In this document: positions 59,717-64,000 of the stretch, piece by piece | How positions within the stretch are numbered: position 1 is the first letter of the stretch | Layout: each line of letters opens with the position of its first letter | Assembly (NCBI GenBank): GCA_963752285.1 | Contig: CAVVXN010000005.1 | Span: forward strand, 672,001 to 736,000 | Source: an uncultured Planctomycetota bacterium | Lineage (GTDB): Bacteria > Planctomycetota > PLA2 > JAEUHO01 | Length of the DNA: 64,000 nt | Direction: 5' to 3' | Program-made: the position numbers and the translations under genes | The notes under the pieces: model-generated | Databases searched by the model: none | What the model saw: only the letters and a program-made list of their open reading frames with translations | What the model was told of the DNA's origin: nothing

Positions 59717-61492
59717 ATGGCCGACGCCGCGCCCCTGGACCTGCCGGACTTCCTCGACCGGCTCCGGAGGCGGGGCCTCCTCGCCGAGATCGACGCCGAG
59801 GTCGATCCCCGGCTCGAGGCCCCCGAGGTCCACCGGCGCGTGATCCGGGAGGGGGGACCCGCCCTCCTCTTCCGGCGGCCGAAGGGCGGGGCGTTCCCGC
59901 TCGTGATGAACCTCTTCGGCACCGAGGAGCGCGTGCACCTCGCCTTCGGCGACCGGCCGAAACGCTTCGTCGAGCGCGCGGTCGAGGCGCTCCACGTCCT
60001 CGAGCAGCCGTCCCTCGGCTCGCTCTGGCGGCTCCGGGGCCTCGCGCGCGACGCGCTGCGCATGGGGACGCGCGGCCGCCGCCGCGGTCCGGTGTCGGAG
60101 GTCGAGGAGGCGCCCGACCTGGCGAAGATCCCGGCCACGACGTCGTGGGCGACCGACGGCGGACCGTTCCTCACGCTGCCGCTCGTCGCGACGCGGCACC
60201 CCGAGACGGGGCGTCCGAACCTCGGCGTGTACCGCATGCAGGTGTTCGACGCCGAGACCACGGGCATGCACTTCCAGATCCACAAGGGCGGAGGTTTCCA
60301 CCTCCATGAGGCCGAGCGACGCGGCGAGGACCTCCCCGCCACCGTCTTCCTCGGCGGGCCGCCCGCGCTGATCCTCGCGGCCATCGCGCCGCTGCCGGAG
60401 GACGTGCCCGAGATCCTCCTCGCGAGCGTGCTCCTCGGCGCGCGCGTACCCGTCGTCGGACGTCGGACCTCGCACCCGCTCGTCGCGACGGCCGAGATCG
60501 CGCTCGTCGGTCGGGTCCTCGCGAGGGAGCGCAGGCCCGAGGGCCCGTTCGGCGACCACTACGGCTACAACAGCCTCCGCCACGACTACCCGGTGTTCCG
60601 CGTGGACCGCGTGTTCCGCCGGCGCCGTCCCGTCGTCCCGGCGACGGTCGTCGGACCGCCCCGCCAGGAGGACTTCTTCCTCGGCGACTACGTGCAGGAC
60701 CTCCTCTCACCGCTCTTCCCCCTCGCGATGCCGAGCGTGCGGGGCCTCTGGTCGTACGGCGACACCGGGTTCCACAGCCTCGCGGCCGCGCGGGTGGCCG
60801 ACCGCTACCCGCGCGAGGCGCTCGTCTCGGGCCTCCGGATCCTCGGCGAAGGGCAGCTCAGCCTCACGAAGTGCCTGTTCCTCACGGACCAGGCGGTGGA
60901 CCTCCACGACTTTCGCGCGGTGCTCCGATCGTGGCTCGAACGCGCGGACTTCGCGACGGACGTGGTCGTGCTCGGCGAGACCGCGATGGACACGCTCGAC
61001 TACACGGGACCGCGCGTGAACCGCGGGAGCAAGGCGCTGTTCCTCGGGCTGGGCGCGCCGCGGCGGCGGCTCCCCACGGAGGTGCCGTCCGAGCTCCCGG
61101 CCGGCGTGAGGGGCGCACGCGCGTTCACGCCGGGCTGCCTCGTGCTCGGCGGTCGTCCGTACGCCGAAGCCGAGGGCCAGGCCGAGAGCGTGGCGCGACA
61201 CCCCGCGTTCGCCGACTGGCCGCTCCTCGTCCTCGTGGACGACGTCGCCGCGGCGACGGCCTCGACGCCCGCGTTCCTCTGGACCGTGTTCACCCGCTTC
61301 GAGCCCGCGGGCGACCTCGCGGCGCGCGCCCGCCACCTCGACCGGTTCCACGTGGCGCTCGAGCCGCCCCTCGTCTTCGACGCGCGGATGCGGCCTTCGT
61401 ACCCGGACGTGCTCGAGGTCGATCCCGAGACGAGCGCGCTCGTGGACCGCCGCTTCGACGAGTACGGGATCGGTCGGCGGGGGGGACGCTGA
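59717..61492 (+). CDS. UbiD-family prFMN-dependent decarboxylase (menaquinone-type)
   Basis: NLFGT, DGGPFLTLP, NLGVYRMQ, EGPFGDHYGY, VVGPPRQED, DTLDY. Confidence 0.92.
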   Translation: MADAAPLDLPDFLDRLRRRGLLAEIDAEVDPRLEAPEVHRRVIREGGPALLFRRPKGGAFPLVMNLFGTEERVHLAFGDRPKRFVERAVEALHVLEQPSLGSLWRLRGLARDALRMGTRGRRRGPVSEVEEAPDLAKIPATTSWATDGGPFLTLPLVATRHPETGRPNLGVYRMQVFDAETTGMHFQIHKGGGFHLHEAERRGEDLPATVFLGGPPALILAAIAPLPEDVPEILLASVLLGARVPVVGRRTSHPLVATAEIALVGRVLARERRPEGPFGDHYGYNSLRHDYPVFRVDRVFRRRRPVVPATVVGPPRQEDFFLGDYVQDLLSPLFPLAMPSVRGLWSYGDTGFHSLAAARVADRYPREALVSGLRILGEGQLSLTKCLFLTDQAVDLHDFRAVLRSWLERADFATDVVVLGETAMDTLDYTGPRVNRGSKALFLGLGAPRRRLPTEVPSELPAGVRGARAFTPGCLVLGGRPYAEAEGQAESVARHPAFADWPLLVLVDDVAAATASTPAFLWTVFTRFEPAGDLAARARHLDRFHVALEPPLVFDARMRPSYPDVLEVDPETSALVDRRFDEYGIGRRGGR

Positions 61493-61494
61493 CG

Positions 61495-62652
61495 TTGGCG
61501 CGGACACCGGCCCGGGACCGCGCCGTGCCCGCACCCGAGCTGGAGGCCCGGCTCGAGGGCGGGGTCCCGCCGGTCGTGGTCCTCGCGGGCGCCGAGCGGT
61601 GGTTCCGCGAGCAGGGCCTCCGGTCGATCGTAGGGCGCGTGCTGCCCGAGGGCGACCCCGGCGGGGCGTTCGTGCGCGTGGACGCGCGCCTGACCCCGGA
61701 CCAGGTGGCGGGCGCCGTCGACGAGTTGCGCACGGGGTCGCTCTTCGGCGACGGCAAGGTGGTCCTCGTCGAGAACCCGGAGTGCGCCGAGCTCGGGGGA
61801 GGCACGAGCAAGGAGAGCCCGATCGCGCGCCTCGCGGCGGCCGCGCTCGCGCCGCCGCCGCCCGCTGGCGTGCTCGTGCTCTCGACGTCGAAGGGAGTGA
61901 AGGGCCGGGACGCCGTCCCGACCGCGACCGTCTCGGACGCGGGGGCGCTCGTCGTGGACTGCCGCACGCTCTACGACGCGCCGGGTCCGTGGCAGCGCGG
62001 CGCGGCGCCCCACGACCACGAGCTCGCGCGGTTTCTCTCCGGCCGGATGTCCCGCGTGCACGGGAAGCGGCTTCCCCTCCCGGAGGCGCACGCGCTGACC
62101 CGGCTCGTCGGGAGCGACCTCGGCGAGCTCGACGGCGCGCTCAACGCGCTCGCCCTCTACCTCGGCCCGCGCGCGGCCGTCGCGCTCGACGACGTGGCCG
62201 CGGCCGTGGGGGCGACGCGCACCGATCCCGCGTGGCACCTGGTGGACGCCGTCTTCGAGGGGGACGTCCGGCGCGCCCTCGACCTCCTCCTTCACGCGCG
62301 GACGCACGGGCTCGCCGACGCGCGCGGCGGTTCGATCCGCGGCGACGACGCGCTCCTCGGATACCTCGGCGCCTCGCTCCACGGTCGCTTCCGCCGCACG
62401 CTGGCCGCGGCGGAGGGGCTGGCCCGGGGCGACCCCGCGGACCAGGTCGCACGACGGCTCGGCGTGCCGGGATTCCGGCAGCAGGCGGAGCTCCAGCGCT
62501 GCCACGTCGATCCCGCGCGCCTCCTCGCCGCGCATGAGGCCTTCCTGGAGGCCGAGGCGGGCACGAAGAGCGGGCGGGTGCCGGCCAATGTCGCGCTCGA
62601 CCGCCTCGTCGTGTCGCTGGTCACCGAGCTGCCCGTCGGGGGCCGCGCGTAG
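61495..62652 (+). CDS. holA: DNA polymerase III delta subunit-like
   Basis: VVLAGAERW, SLFGDGKVVLV, LVGSDLGEL, WHLVDAV. Confidence 0.75.
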   Translation: MARTPARDRAVPAPELEARLEGGVPPVVVLAGAERWFREQGLRSIVGRVLPEGDPGGAFVRVDARLTPDQVAGAVDELRTGSLFGDGKVVLVENPECAELGGGTSKESPIARLAAAALAPPPPAGVLVLSTSKGVKGRDAVPTATVSDAGALVVDCRTLYDAPGPWQRGAAPHDHELARFLSGRMSRVHGKRLPLPEAHALTRLVGSDLGELDGALNALALYLGPRAAVALDDVAAAVGATRTDPAWHLVDAVFEGDVRRALDLLLHARTHGLADARGGSIRGDDALLGYLGASLHGRFRRTLAAAEGLARGDPADQVARRLGVPGFRQQAELQRCHVDPARLLAAHEAFLEAEAGTKSGRVPANVALDRLVVSLVTELPVGGRA

Positions 62653-62662
62653 GCTGGCCCCC

Positions 62663-64000
<1,338 letters not shown>

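Overview
Very GC-rich, gene-dense bacterial chromosomal segment with about 58 CDS, one tRNA-Ala(GGC) and one cobalamin riboswitch. No integrase, transposase, prophage or CRISPR array is recognisable. The gene mix (DUF3352-like/pseudopilin-tail fusion, kinase-ATPase-TPR protein, many lipoproteins, NfeD/FloA, Lol) suggests a diderm, possibly Planctomycetota; this is an inference. Housekeeping genes include lolC/E-lolD, floA, lipA, larC, tgt, ruvB, menG, ubiA/ubiX/ubiD-like, holA and mutL (runs off the right edge). Main oddities: (1) a signalling island at 65-6742 with a ChpT-like protein, a hybrid kinase, an NtrC-family activator and three matching sigma-54-like sites; (2) a stand-alone, divergent rplC outside the S10 operon; (3) a tandem-domain protein with a histone-H1-like tail divergent from a winged-helix-like gene; (4) a B12-riboswitch-led orphan lipoprotein; (5) a minimal secretin-like protein; (6) several pseudo-enzymes, remnants and a homopolymer frameshift. 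All calls come from reading motifs by eye; no database searches were run and start codons are best estimates.
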